Positions 9,501-17,531 of a DNA stretch of 64,000 nt are shown in pieces. A program made the position numbers and the translations under genes. The notes under the pieces are model-generated. The model ran no database searches and was not told the DNA's origin. It was given only the letters and a program-made list of their open reading frames with translations. Source of the stretch: Oligoflexia bacterium. Lineage in GTDB: Bacteria > Bdellovibrionota > UBA1018. Positions within the stretch are counted from its first letter, which is position 1. Every line of letters starts with the position of its first letter. The stretch covers positions 96,894-160,893 of the forward strand of contig CAVWVI010000005.1 of assembly GCA_963758495.1 (NCBI GenBank), in the 5' to 3' direction.

Positions 9501-12314
9501 GAATCGGGAGTGCGCGTATTCAAGCCGATCCTCATTTTACCCACCCAGCTTCAGGAAAAAATCCGCTCTGAACGAGAGGGTAACGTATTCGCCAAGGTTT
9601 TAGGACGCTTTGAAGCAGGCATCACAACGGAGCAGATGTTAGAAAAACTCCATGAGGGGACCGAATTAGGAGATGCATTAAGAAAAACCCTCTTTGGAAA
9701 AGGAAATATTGCCAAAGATATCGATGATGCTGCCACTCGCTATCGTGAGGAACTTGCAAAAAAACCTGCTGACCAACGCTTAAGAGACGATATCCACATC
9801 GAGCACACATTCCAAAGTGAAAACATTGCAATTATCGCTAGAGACGACCTCATGGTGGACGCAAATCAAAAAGGCAAATCCGCCGCGTTTGCCTCGCTAG
9901 AGGGTGATGTCAAACTTGGATCTAAAAAGAAGCGAACGCAAACAGGATCATCTACCTTTATAGAAGAAATCGATGACCAGCGAGAATTTGACTATGAGGG
10001 TAATCTTACCATTAAAGCAGGTAAGAATATTGAAACCCAAGCTGTTAAACTCAAAGCCGGCTCAGGTAACTTGGAAGCCGGAGGATCGATCGTGGATCAA
10101 ACGATTGCTCTTGAATCGAAGACGGAGTCTCACTCCGAGGGACGATCCGAAACCCGTAAAACGATCAAACATCAAGCGTCGTCGTTTCAGTTCGATAAGA
10201 ATTTAAAAATCAAAGGAAACCAGGTTTTTCTTGTAGGAACTGAAGCCCAAGCAGATCAGATCAGCTTAGAGGCCAAGGAGCAAGTTCAGGTCTTAGGAGT
10301 CGTTGATGAAGAACATGTTTCAGAGACGAAAGAAGAAGAAACTGGAGCATGGTTTTGGAAGGGTAAGAAAACCGAAACCACTCATACCTCTACTGGCACC
10401 TTTAAGGGAGCCCATCTCAAGTCCGCTCAACCTATCGAAATGAAGGCGAAGGAAGTTACACTCCAGGCTCCAAAGCTCGACTCTACAGAGACTCGAATTG
10501 AAGCAGAAACCGTCAAATTCAAACTTGGCAAGAACGTTAAGCACTCCTCATCGGTCAAATCGAGTGAGAACGCTTTCTGGATCAGCCAGGATGTGGACAA
10601 AAGAACTGACGAGTCTTACAACCAACTTCAAGCCCTAGGACCCCTCAAGATCAAAGCCTCCAAAATCGAACTCGAAGAGGCTCAGGGTCACGCTTTAGAA
10701 TACATTGATCATTTAGAGTTTGACCGAAATCAGGTCGCGCAAATCCAAACCATCTTAGATGAGATCCACACCCATGAGCATGATTCTATCTCAGCTCCTG
10801 GACCCGCTCTGATAGCCACTGTGGCGATTCTTTCTTCTGTGGCCACAGGAGGAGTCGGAGGTGCCGCCGTGGCAGGGTTAGGTCTTCAAGCCGCAGCAGG
10901 TGGAGCAGTGGCTTCTGCCACTGCGGCTGCCATTTCATCCCTCAGTGCACAGATCGCGACTCAACTCACTTTGGGTGTCCTGGCTCAACAAAGCCCTGGC
11001 GACATTACGGGTAAGATTTTTAACACCGACACCCTGAGGAACATGGTGACAGCGACCCTCTCCGCTGGAGCTTTGTACGAATTAAATGGCGCTCAGGACG
11101 CAGCTAGCACCTCAGCCTTCGTAAGTAAGATCGAAGGAGCAGGAACCCAAGCCGGAATAGGCATGGGAGTCAATCTAGCCTTTAGGGAACAAAATCTAGA
11201 AGATGCTCTTAAGAGCGCTGGCGTTCAGTTCGTAGGCCAAGCAGCAGGTCAGGTCATCGCAGGTGAAATTGGAGACCAATTCAAGGATAAAAATGGTGTC
11301 TGGGAGCGCGGTCTACATAAGCTAGCCCACGGAGCCGCTGCTGGAGGAATTGCAGCAGGAGGAGCAGCGCTTACAGGGCAGGACGTGGGTTCTGCCGCAG
11401 CTGGTGCTGCTGCAGGCGCTATGACGGCTGAAATTGTGGCCGATATTCTAAGCCAGCCCCTCAATGAGGAAGTCTACAAGAACGTTCAGGTGAAACAAGC
11501 AGAGCTAGGAAGAGAGCTGACGCAAGGAGAAAAGCAGGCAATCTTTTCGTCGAAAGTTGGAAACATTGCTCTGATTTCAAAATTATCTGGAGCAGTCTCA
11601 GGACTTCTCGCATCAGGAGAGCAGGGCCTGAATGCAGGGCGAATGTCTGCAGGCAATGCGATTGATAATAATTTTTGGGCGACTGCAGTGCCTGTACTTC
11701 TTACAGGCTACATGCTTTACGAATGGGAGCAGAGTAATGTTCAAACTGAGGATGCGATTGTCTCAGACCCTCTGGGAGAGACGGTGCTTTTGGGAGGCCT
11801 CGCGACAGGATCTAAGGCTATCGCTAAAGGGGCTCAGAAGTTGGCTCCTGTCATCTCCCAAGCCGGGAAAGGCTTAGTTCAAGCTGCTCAGGAATCTGAG
11901 ATCATCGGCAATGAGATTGGTTCAGTTGGGGATATTTCTGGATTTCGGGCAGGCAAACTTGCTGATTCTGCGGCCAATCACGGAATAAAAATTGTTACTG
12001 GACCGACAGCTACTAAGGTCGATAAAGTCATCATCGAAACATTAGAGGGAAAGGGCAATCTTACTAGTAAAATAAAGTTGAGTGCGGATGAAGCATTACA
12101 GGCTGGTGAGAAATGGGTAGGTCCGGGTTATAAGGAGATAGGAAAGTCAGGACAAGGTGTATTTAGAAGTACAGACGGAAAGCGACAGTTTCGAATGGAT
12201 GATGGATCATTGGCCGGTGCACATGAACCAAATGTTCCACACGTTCATTTTCAAGAGGTAATGCCAGATGGAAGACAGTTCAAAACCAATAACCATGTAC
12301 CTTTTGAAAACTAG
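6558..12314 (+). CDS. Large haemagglutinin-repeat polymorphic toxin (CdiA-like; DUF637-like and pre-toxin region; C-terminal putative RNase tip)
   Basis: N-terminal signal-like segment; FHA-like repeats (NxGxI, LTIKAGKNI); Ala/Gly-rich region with HKLAHGAAAG and AAAGAMTAEIV; VENN-like AGNAIDNN; tip SxDGxRQFR...HVH...NNH; followed by small immunity-like ORFs. Confidence 0.8.
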   Translation: MLFPKMQNRWTASSRLARLLVIANVAHFALVVQSVTVKAQDSQVLEVEVSQRSGSTQKWNFPCNNDGSVSQTGTRLDQNSEVKAVWDESCSKVTLQGQSGEIGKKQKKSASQIQKLTVRSAQSVELKGTLALPLNIQAPEVTIETHWSSPELNIRALPSGAPNSETGSKKSKQQSARSFVRPGAVLKVDHLSLIDMDFENQGRMESSDQLRITLAHGAFHNSGEIEVGGALQFERNGSERVSLFQSGVISAQSIEMGDILAAINMFENTASGVLKANRIFGEFKQFINAGWLESAEKMTLLGVELQNRNGTIASDQELYIDFIEIQNENGKIHGSKQTTIRVGEKLENASGLIGSDGPTELNFSAQGTAPSLGKLVGSEILLTLRHTSPTELKSGELLGKDSISIFSDVKISLPGVQFHSPLLNLVAPDFALDPLTQCSTTVVHCDPKRNLCLTSDLSSQGEIRFLESDYCRYQNSDQNEVASESQALVSMNAVALKPQLMISKQMNHLGEVIQDLQVHFEKDRGYLNQYTVSINSQLISTGGIHFLVPHSRIFVGLEDQSRNVGIFADSLRAFTDHFLIKRGNVSAADTYLAAPGGVTVGVLEKDSNQKVKAGNKEVPLLRRGDAFLATAGDCYLKGPLSCSGTMEVGGNLILDSDKKQYGFSSDIRVKGNLILKGEGDLSLIRHLGKTQYNQSIPLESDHYSEEGIFVVDGQVIGANPTGIQLYSSKFFADESHSKVKFTPVDSVNDKPIVFPGEAQAQDFKSVLSTRKSGFLRIEGPKTESIISTGEVFLLEDEGQFCLAVKNPFYLPLRNPLYDLEIQDFRSPKYYRNTQLETELSVQNSNRFGFELRESAFFNPDQSEAFMKSIEKDIMIHEAEVGLTPLPHGKAAFSLSPELLLSQVQKACQDTLKRSSIDPNQPINMDYLVKLHQNATQYLRDTGVSLGSKKQPARSDEFLALAAQSRESAPAAPMIFYQSVTRESGVRVFKPILILPTQLQEKIRSEREGNVFAKVLGRFEAGITTEQMLEKLHEGTELGDALRKTLFGKGNIAKDIDDAATRYREELAKKPADQRLRDDIHIEHTFQSENIAIIARDDLMVDANQKGKSAAFASLEGDVKLGSKKKRTQTGSSTFIEEIDDQREFDYEGNLTIKAGKNIETQAVKLKAGSGNLEAGGSIVDQTIALESKTESHSEGRSETRKTIKHQASSFQFDKNLKIKGNQVFLVGTEAQADQISLEAKEQVQVLGVVDEEHVSETKEEETGAWFWKGKKTETTHTSTGTFKGAHLKSAQPIEMKAKEVTLQAPKLDSTETRIEAETVKFKLGKNVKHSSSVKSSENAFWISQDVDKRTDESYNQLQALGPLKIKASKIELEEAQGHALEYIDHLEFDRNQVAQIQTILDEIHTHEHDSISAPGPALIATVAILSSVATGGVGGAAVAGLGLQAAAGGAVASATAAAISSLSAQIATQLTLGVLAQQSPGDITGKIFNTDTLRNMVTATLSAGALYELNGAQDAASTSAFVSKIEGAGTQAGIGMGVNLAFREQNLEDALKSAGVQFVGQAAGQVIAGEIGDQFKDKNGVWERGLHKLAHGAAAGGIAAGGAALTGQDVGSAAAGAAAGAMTAEIVADILSQPLNEEVYKNVQVKQAELGRELTQGEKQAIFSSKVGNIALISKLSGAVSGLLASGEQGLNAGRMSAGNAIDNNFWATAVPVLLTGYMLYEWEQSNVQTEDAIVSDPLGETVLLGGLATGSKAIAKGAQKLAPVISQAGKGLVQAAQESEIIGNEIGSVGDISGFRAGKLADSAANHGIKIVTGPTATKVDKVIIETLEGKGNLTSKIKLSADEALQAGEKWVGPGYKEIGKSGQGVFRSTDGKRQFRMDDGSLAGAHEPNVPHVHFQEVMPDGRQFKTNNHVPFEN

Positions 12315-12326
12315 GAGGAGCATCCC

Positions 12327-12647
12327 ATGGGTGAAATAGAGGTTCAGATTAAGCAGATTATCCAACTGGAAGTCAAAGGTGACTTTACTATTTCCAATCT
12401 TCATGGGGTAGATTTGAAGAAATGCCTGGTTGAACCCTACCTGGAAATTCTTGAGGATTCATTCAATGAAGGTCAAACCATCCAGATGTATGTAGTATTG
12501 AAAGAACATCCTGAGAGTGATGAGGGCTATCAAATTGTATATGATCCTACAGAAAAGATGTTTGGTCTGAGTATCCAAGGCAAAGGGCAATATAGGGTGT
12601 TTCTCGGTTACGATGGAACATTTTTAGAAAGCTTACAAGGAATGTGA
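12327..12647 (+). CDS. Putative cognate immunity protein
   Basis: Small acidic ORF with a GGAGGAG RBS directly after the toxin stop. Confidence 0.65.
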   Translation: MGEIEVQIKQIIQLEVKGDFTISNLHGVDLKKCLVEPYLEILEDSFNEGQTIQMYVVLKEHPESDEGYQIVYDPTEKMFGLSIQGKGQYRVFLGYDGTFLESLQGM

Positions 12648-13303
12648 AAATGGTTAGCCCGAGGAGCAAAAAAAAGATAAATACCCGAGAAAAACTTTTG
12701 GAGTTCTTGTTGAAAGTAGAGCCGAACTACAAAGAACAATACACTAGGTACCTTGAGCTTCGAAAACGACCTCCTACTATGAGCGGGGATATTACTAACT
12801 TTTCTGATTTTGTAGTAGAACAGTTAACATCTGGAATTTATAAGAACGCCGCAGACGTATTTCAATCTGTTGAATCACTACTCCATGATGAGGCTTCAAA
12901 CGATGAAGTTAAGGATGCGGTGTGTACTTGTTTCTTAGAAAATTTAATCAATTATGCTTCTAATGGAAGAATACCCTACGAAAGTTTTGTCCCACTTCTT
13001 GGGCCTAAGTCCGTGGAGTACTGCAAGGGATGGGACGAATTTACTGGGGTAAAAACTCCAGGATTATGGAAAAATGAAGAGCCTGACTTTAGTCGAAGAT
13101 TCAATGTGATCAGTGATGCTGAAGCTATGTCCATTATTAAAGCAATCAAAAATCATGAGTACAGCACTAAAAGTGAGGAAGAAGAGAAAATTAAACTACT
13201 TAGTGCAATTTTCCCTGGTATATTAAATCTCTTATTTTACGATCCACGTAAATTAACTCCGGATCAAATTTTAAAGGAAGTTAAAAAAAATATTCCAAAA
13301 TAA
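12644..13303 (+). CDS. Putative two-domain immunity protein (helical CFLENL-type domain + colicin-immunity-like domain)
   Basis: VCTCFLENL...LGPKSVEYCKGWDEFTG followed by NLLFYDPRKLTPDQIL, which resembles Im7/Im9-like SDLIFY..LTPEEIV; overlaps the previous stop. Confidence 0.55.
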   Translation: MKMVSPRSKKKINTREKLLEFLLKVEPNYKEQYTRYLELRKRPPTMSGDITNFSDFVVEQLTSGIYKNAADVFQSVESLLHDEASNDEVKDAVCTCFLENLINYASNGRIPYESFVPLLGPKSVEYCKGWDEFTGVKTPGLWKNEEPDFSRRFNVISDAEAMSIIKAIKNHEYSTKSEEEEKIKLLSAIFPGILNLLFYDPRKLTPDQILKEVKKNIPK

Positions 13304-13350
13304 TTACCTATTTACATTTTGGAATCCTCTGTTGCTAGATAACTTGGAAA

Positions 13351-13443
13351 TTCGATTCACACAGTCTCCTATTCGAGGTACATTCCTTGGAACGTCCTCA
13401 GTTTGCAAGCTTCGCTTGAACCAAAAACTTCACGCCTCATTCT
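13351..13443. repeat. 93-bp direct repeat, copy 1 (copy 2 at 14229-14321, inside the IS110 non-coding end)
   Basis: TTCGATTCACACAGTCTCCTATTCGAGGTAC...CATTCT occurs at both positions with only a few substitutions. Confidence 0.95.
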
Positions 13444-13446
13444 CCT

Positions 13447-13797
13447 ATGAGACCTTTTGTCAAGGGGGGCTCTCAACTTTCTGAAGTAAAAACTGGGGTG
13501 GAAAAATTAAAAATAATCGATACGCTTACTCCTGAAAAAGCCAGAGAGACCCTGGAGCAGGCAGGATTCAATAGTAAAGGTCCAAGAACTGCCGGTGGCT
13601 GGGAAACATTTAAACATCCTGATGGCTCAAAAGTGGATATTGGGCCAGGTGGAAGAGTTGTAAGGACTCAGGCACCTAAATATGGACCCAAAGGTAGTAG
13701 AATTAATAAGGGCCAAAGGGTCGACAGCAGGGGCAGCGAAATTGATCGGGACCTTCCCCACGACCAACATCCAAAAGAAACGCTTTCTAAGTGGTAA
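13447..13797 (+). CDS. Orphan polymorphic-toxin C-terminal tip (putative RNase)
   Basis: GGWETFKHPDGSKVDIGPGGRVVR...GQR...H..E basic domain in a toxin/immunity array; the start codon is uncertain. Confidence 0.55.
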   Translation: MRPFVKGGSQLSEVKTGVEKLKIIDTLTPEKARETLEQAGFNSKGPRTAGGWETFKHPDGSKVDIGPGGRVVRTQAPKYGPKGSRINKGQRVDSRGSEIDRDLPHDQHPKETLSKW

Positions 13798-13807
13798 GGA
13801 GAATTTT

Positions 13808-14110
13808 ATGACTACTGAACTAGAAAATTATCTTTTTAACAGTGATGGTACCCACGCCCTAATCTCAGTTGTATTTAAGAAAAATCAACTTGAATTAAAA
13901 ATAGCTCCTTGGACAAATCTTTCAAAAGTGAAAACTTTTTTGTTTGAAAATGTTAAAACAGAGTCTGCTGTAGAACCTTCTACTGATGAATTGCCCTTTG
14001 ATATTATTGGAGTGGATAGTACCAAACTTAGTCCCAGTTTATGGAAGATTTGCATCCATTGTTCCGAAAATGAGTATCTGTTCCAAAGTCAGTGGCCAAT
14101 CCGAATTTAG
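13808..14110 (+). CDS. Putative immunity protein for the orphan tip
   Basis: AAGGAG RBS before ATG 13808 (MTTELENYLF); lies directly after the tip. Confidence 0.6.
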   Translation: MTTELENYLFNSDGTHALISVVFKKNQLELKIAPWTNLSKVKTFLFENVKTESAVEPSTDELPFDIIGVDSTKLSPSLWKICIHCSENEYLFQSQWPIRI

Positions 14111-14131
14111 CCTCAAAGCCTGTTTTGCTTG

Positions 14132-14152
14132 CTCCTCGGAAAATCCGAGGAG
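14132..14152 (+). terminator. Hairpin / probable terminator
   Basis: Perfect stem CTCCTCGGA-AAA-TCCGAGGAG downstream of the immunity gene. Confidence 0.5.
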
Positions 14153-14195
14153 TCGGAGCTGGAGGGGCGATAGTTTCTTAATTTATTATTTTATT

Positions 14196-14443
14196 TATAT
14201 GACCCTTTCTTGACATTGGGTTCAATAGTTCGATTCACACAGTCTCCTATTCGAGGTACGTTCCTTGGAGCGTCCTCAGTTTACAAGCTTCGCTTGAATC
14301 AAAAAAATCACGCCCCATTCTGCAGGCCGTACCCAAATAGTGAGAGTACAGAATCACGCAACGAGGTCGTGACAAGTTCAGCAGTCACATGAATCAATGC
14401 CATTGCTAATCGGAATTACTTTTCCTATCGCAAACAACGAGCC
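14196..14443 (-). ncRNA. Candidate bridge/seekRNA region of the IS110 element
   Basis: Non-coding, downstream of the recombinase as in the IS1111 group. Stems: CAAGC-GAA-GCTTG, GAGGACGCTCC-AA-GGAACGTACCTC, and an outer TTGATTCA/TGAATCGA. Confidence 0.5.
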
Positions 14444-15499
14444 CTAGACTGCCAAACAAACCTCATATTTCTTTTCATTCTTTATCATCGAATAGATTCT
14501 ACAGATCAGCTTTCTTGCTACGGCAACGATCGCCTTCTTCTTGCTCCCTGATTGCCTGGAGATCCGTTCAAAAAATAATTTCATTTTTTCGTCTTTGCCG
14601 ACGAGATACCAGGAAGCCTGTATCAGGTACATTCTCAAAGTAGGATTCCCCTGACCTGTAATACGCCCTCGGTGTACGCTATCGCCAGAAGAATACTCAG
14701 ATGGGGTGAGTCCGAAGAATGCCGCCACTTGCTTCTCATTGCTAAACCTTCCCCAATCGCCAATTTCATAGGTTAAAGACGCTGCAATGAGAGGGCCTAT
14801 GCCCGGCACTGATTCGATGATTTGAAAATTCTTACTAAATCTACCTTCCTTGATTTTTAGATATTCGTTCTCCAGTTCTTTAAGCTGCTTATTTATCAAT
14901 TCAATTTCTTCCAAAAACAATTTGATTGAGAGTTTCACCATCGAAGGCAGATTCATCTCAAGTATTGTGGCGGCAACCTGTTTACTGATGCCTCTGGTAT
15001 TCAAATGAACACCGTTAAGCATGAGAAGCCCTTTTATTTGATTAATTGCCCTGGCTCTTTTAATGATAATTTGCTGCCTTGTGCGAAGTATTTGCCTGAG
15101 ATTGAGTTGTTCCGGCGACGGAACGAATATTCCTTTCAATAGCCCTTTACTTAAAAAACTTGCCAATTTAAGACTATCGCGCCGATCTGTTTTTACCTTG
15201 TCGCCAGACATAATAGGCATCTTTGAAGGTGGGGTCACGATATTCTTGACTCCTATTGAATCCAGCTGATAGTGCAGATGAAACCCAGAAAATCCCGCCT
15301 CGTAAACCGAAAAAATTTTCATATCCGCATATCGATGCAAAATCTTCCTGAGCTGCTCAAAATCTGACTTCAGCGTGAATCTCCCGATTGTTTGATCACA
15401 GTGAAGGAGGCAAACACTCCAGCTGGCTTTATGGACATCAATACCCACAAAAATGGGTTGTGCCAAATCTAGAGTTATTTTAGTATTGTGCTTCGCCAT
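14444..15499 (-). CDS. IS110 family transposase/recombinase
   Basis: GIDVHK, YEAG and KTDRRDS (DEDD RuvC-like); VPGIG; GLTPSEYSSG (catalytic Ser) in the Tnp20 domain. Confidence 0.95.
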   Translation of the reverse strand: MAKHNTKITLDLAQPIFVGIDVHKASWSVCLLHCDQTIGRFTLKSDFEQLRKILHRYADMKIFSVYEAGFSGFHLHYQLDSIGVKNIVTPPSKMPIMSGDKVKTDRRDSLKLASFLSKGLLKGIFVPSPEQLNLRQILRTRQQIIIKRARAINQIKGLLMLNGVHLNTRGISKQVAATILEMNLPSMVKLSIKLFLEEIELINKQLKELENEYLKIKEGRFSKNFQIIESVPGIGPLIAASLTYEIGDWGRFSNEKQVAAFFGLTPSEYSSGDSVHRGRITGQGNPTLRMYLIQASWYLVGKDEKMKLFFERISRQSGSKKKAIVAVARKLICRIYSMIKNEKKYEVCLAV

Positions 15500-15639
15500 G
15501 GTAGAGCCCTTTCTTTAAAAAAACGTTAGGGATGGGAATTACCATGGTGATCGATCTACGCTCAATGGGATCGGTCATACGAATTCCTTTTTCTTAGGAG
15601 GTAACCTAACAAGATCAAATTTTTATCCCCATCACCTGA

Positions 15640-15969
15640 TACTTTGAATCGCTTCAATTCGGCCATAAGGTCTGCATAGTAACTGCGGGGCAGGCACAAG
15701 GGAAAGAGTGGGAAATAAATAACTCCGATAAGGTTGTCGTACATCCTGATTCTAGGATAGGTAAAATTGAAAGAGACCCACATACCGGACTTTGGTGGTC
15801 AAAAGATAAGGCAGGTCATGGAGGGTCAAAGTGGAAGGTTTTCAAACAAAATGGGAATAAGCTGGAATGGATAAAAGATGCCGACGAATATGGTGACTAT
15901 TTGGATGGAAAGCACAAAGGTGACTTTGGAAAAGTAATTCCTATGAAAGATTTGAAGGTAGTTAAATGA
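15640..15969 (+). pseudogene. Start-less orphan toxin tip (DxxGHGGSxWK RNase-like)
   Basis: Missing from the ORF track. Open frame ...SDKVVVHPDSRIGKIERDPHTGLWWSKDKAGHGGSKWKVF...WIKDADEYG...KHKG...VVK*; its stop overlaps the next ATG (ATGA). Confidence 0.7.
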
Positions 15970-16364
15970 TTTTAACAGCTGAAGAGTTCTACAAATTACG
16001 AAAGAGTGAACGCCGCGATGAATATTTAAGGGCTGCCACAGAAGAAGCCCCTCTTAAGGTCTGGTACGAAGTTATTGAAAAATTTCCAGAGATGAAAACC
16101 TGGGTAATTCATAATAAAACAGTACCAGAAGAAATTCTTCGTTTCCTTTCTATTGATACAGATTCTTCAATTAGAAGTGACGTCGCAGATAAAAGAAAAT
16201 GTCCTGTGGATATTCTAGCAAAGCTTGCCAAGGATTCGGATGATGGAGTGAGATTAAGAGTTGCCTACAACCCGAAAGTTAGTAGAGAGATTTTAGAAAT
16301 ACTCACAACAGATAGTTGGGATGAAATTGTAAGAGTTTCAAAGGATCGGTTAGATAAACTGTGA
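15966..16364 (+). CDS. HEAT/LRV-repeat putative immunity protein
   Basis: EILRFLSIDTDSSIRSDVA and ILAKLAKDSDDGVRLRVAYNP repeats; translationally coupled to the toxin tip. Confidence 0.7.
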   Translation: MILTAEEFYKLRKSERRDEYLRAATEEAPLKVWYEVIEKFPEMKTWVIHNKTVPEEILRFLSIDTDSSIRSDVADKRKCPVDILAKLAKDSDDGVRLRVAYNPKVSREILEILTTDSWDEIVRVSKDRLDKL

Positions 16365-16378
16365 AGGTCTACACCCTT

Positions 16379-16549
16379 TAAATTCCATACGGACTAACTC
16401 GCTCCACATACTCAGCATGTAAAATGATCGTAGAGGTCAACTGTTAGCACTATTTTTACATGCCCGAGTATGGCTTTTAGGGCATACATGTCGCTGCCTC
16501 GCTTGAGGAAGTTGAACGCGAAGGAGTGGCGAGTGTCATGGTAACTCCA
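16379..16549 (-). pseudogene. Tyrosine recombinase C-terminal remnant
   Basis: Manual translation WSYHDTRHSFAFNFLKRGSDMYALKAILGHVKIVLTVDLYDH contains HxxR, LGH and the catalytic Y. Confidence 0.8.
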
Positions 16550-16796
16550 TGCGTTTCATATTGGGATGCTCCTTTGGAGAATCACGATGTTCCGGCCTCT
16601 TTAATAGGACGTGTTGAATGAAGTGAAGAAGCAATAAGCAGAATCCGGCAGAACCTTGAATACACATATCGAGTTCAGGATTAATGGCGCAAGTATGGCT
16701 TAAATTTGTTTACGTTCGAAAAGATTTTTTGATGAGTACTACCCGGTAAAAATAAAGCTTTTCAATGTTGACGTCATCAAGTAGAAAATAATTCAT

Positions 16797-17465
16797 ATGA
16801 ATAAATATTTGGCGAGGCCTTGGCATCTTTATCGAAGAGAAGGTTATTTTCTAAAATATTTGAGTGAGTGCCAAGAGCAAAAGCGCTCTCCTAAGCTTCA
16901 TGTCGGTTGTGGTAATCGTCCTATTCCTGGATGGTGTAATATTGACGTAGCGCATTTGAATTCTGAAGTTCAATATGTTGATGCATTAAAACCTCTTCCT
17001 TTTGCGAGTGCGTCATTTCAATATGTTTTCTCTGAACATTTCATTGAGCATTTAACATTAGACCAGGGGATTCAGTTTTTTAAAGAAGCTTTTCGAGTGT
17101 TAAGGCCTGGTGGAGTTTTACGAACAGGTACCCCTAATTTGGATTTTATCTGCGACCTAAGAGAGCCGAAGAATTCAGGACATCAGCGATATATAGATTA
17201 TGTAGCCGAAAGTTTTCTGCCTCATCAGCCAAAGTCATATGTTTCTTCGATGAATTTAGTCTTTTATGGTTGGGACCATAAATTTATCTATAGCCCCTCA
17301 TTTTTACAGGAGATTCTTTCTAAGGTTGGGTTTAACAGCTTCTGTACTTTTAAATCCGGAGACAGCCAAATTGTGGAACTTCAAGGTATAGAGCAACACG
17401 GTAAATCTGTTCCTCCTGAAATTAATGAGTTAGAGACTTTTGTTCTTGAAGCGAGAAAAGAATAA
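16797..17465 (+). CDS. Class I SAM-dependent methyltransferase
   Basis: LHVGCG, NID, EHFIEHL and RVLRPGG motifs. Confidence 0.85.
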   Translation: MNKYLARPWHLYRREGYFLKYLSECQEQKRSPKLHVGCGNRPIPGWCNIDVAHLNSEVQYVDALKPLPFASASFQYVFSEHFIEHLTLDQGIQFFKEAFRVLRPGGVLRTGTPNLDFICDLREPKNSGHQRYIDYVAESFLPHQPKSYVSSMNLVFYGWDHKFIYSPSFLQEILSKVGFNSFCTFKSGDSQIVELQGIEQHGKSVPPEINELETFVLEARKE

Positions 17466-17531
17466 GTAACGACGGGCTTTTGACAATCGGCCTCTTTGCT
17501 TTCGGCGTAGCTCCTGCTAATCTCTAAAAAG

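Larger units (their letters stand above)
14196..15585 (-). mobile_element. IS110-family (IS1111-like) insertion sequence; ends approximate
   Basis: DEDD recombinase; short sub-terminal IR TATGACC (14198-14204) / GGTCATA (15573-15579); right end ...GGGTCATATA on the minus strand; about 250-nt non-coding region downstream of the gene. Confidence 0.75.

Noticed and set aside
13682-13807. N-terminal extension of the 142-aa ORF
   Set aside because: It overlaps the toxin tip; a strong RBS supports ATG 13808.
15562-15783. Minus-strand 73-aa ORF, or an IS110 end near 15780
   Set aside because: The plus strand here encodes the orphan toxin tip, so the IS ends near 15585 and the minus ORF is a shadow.
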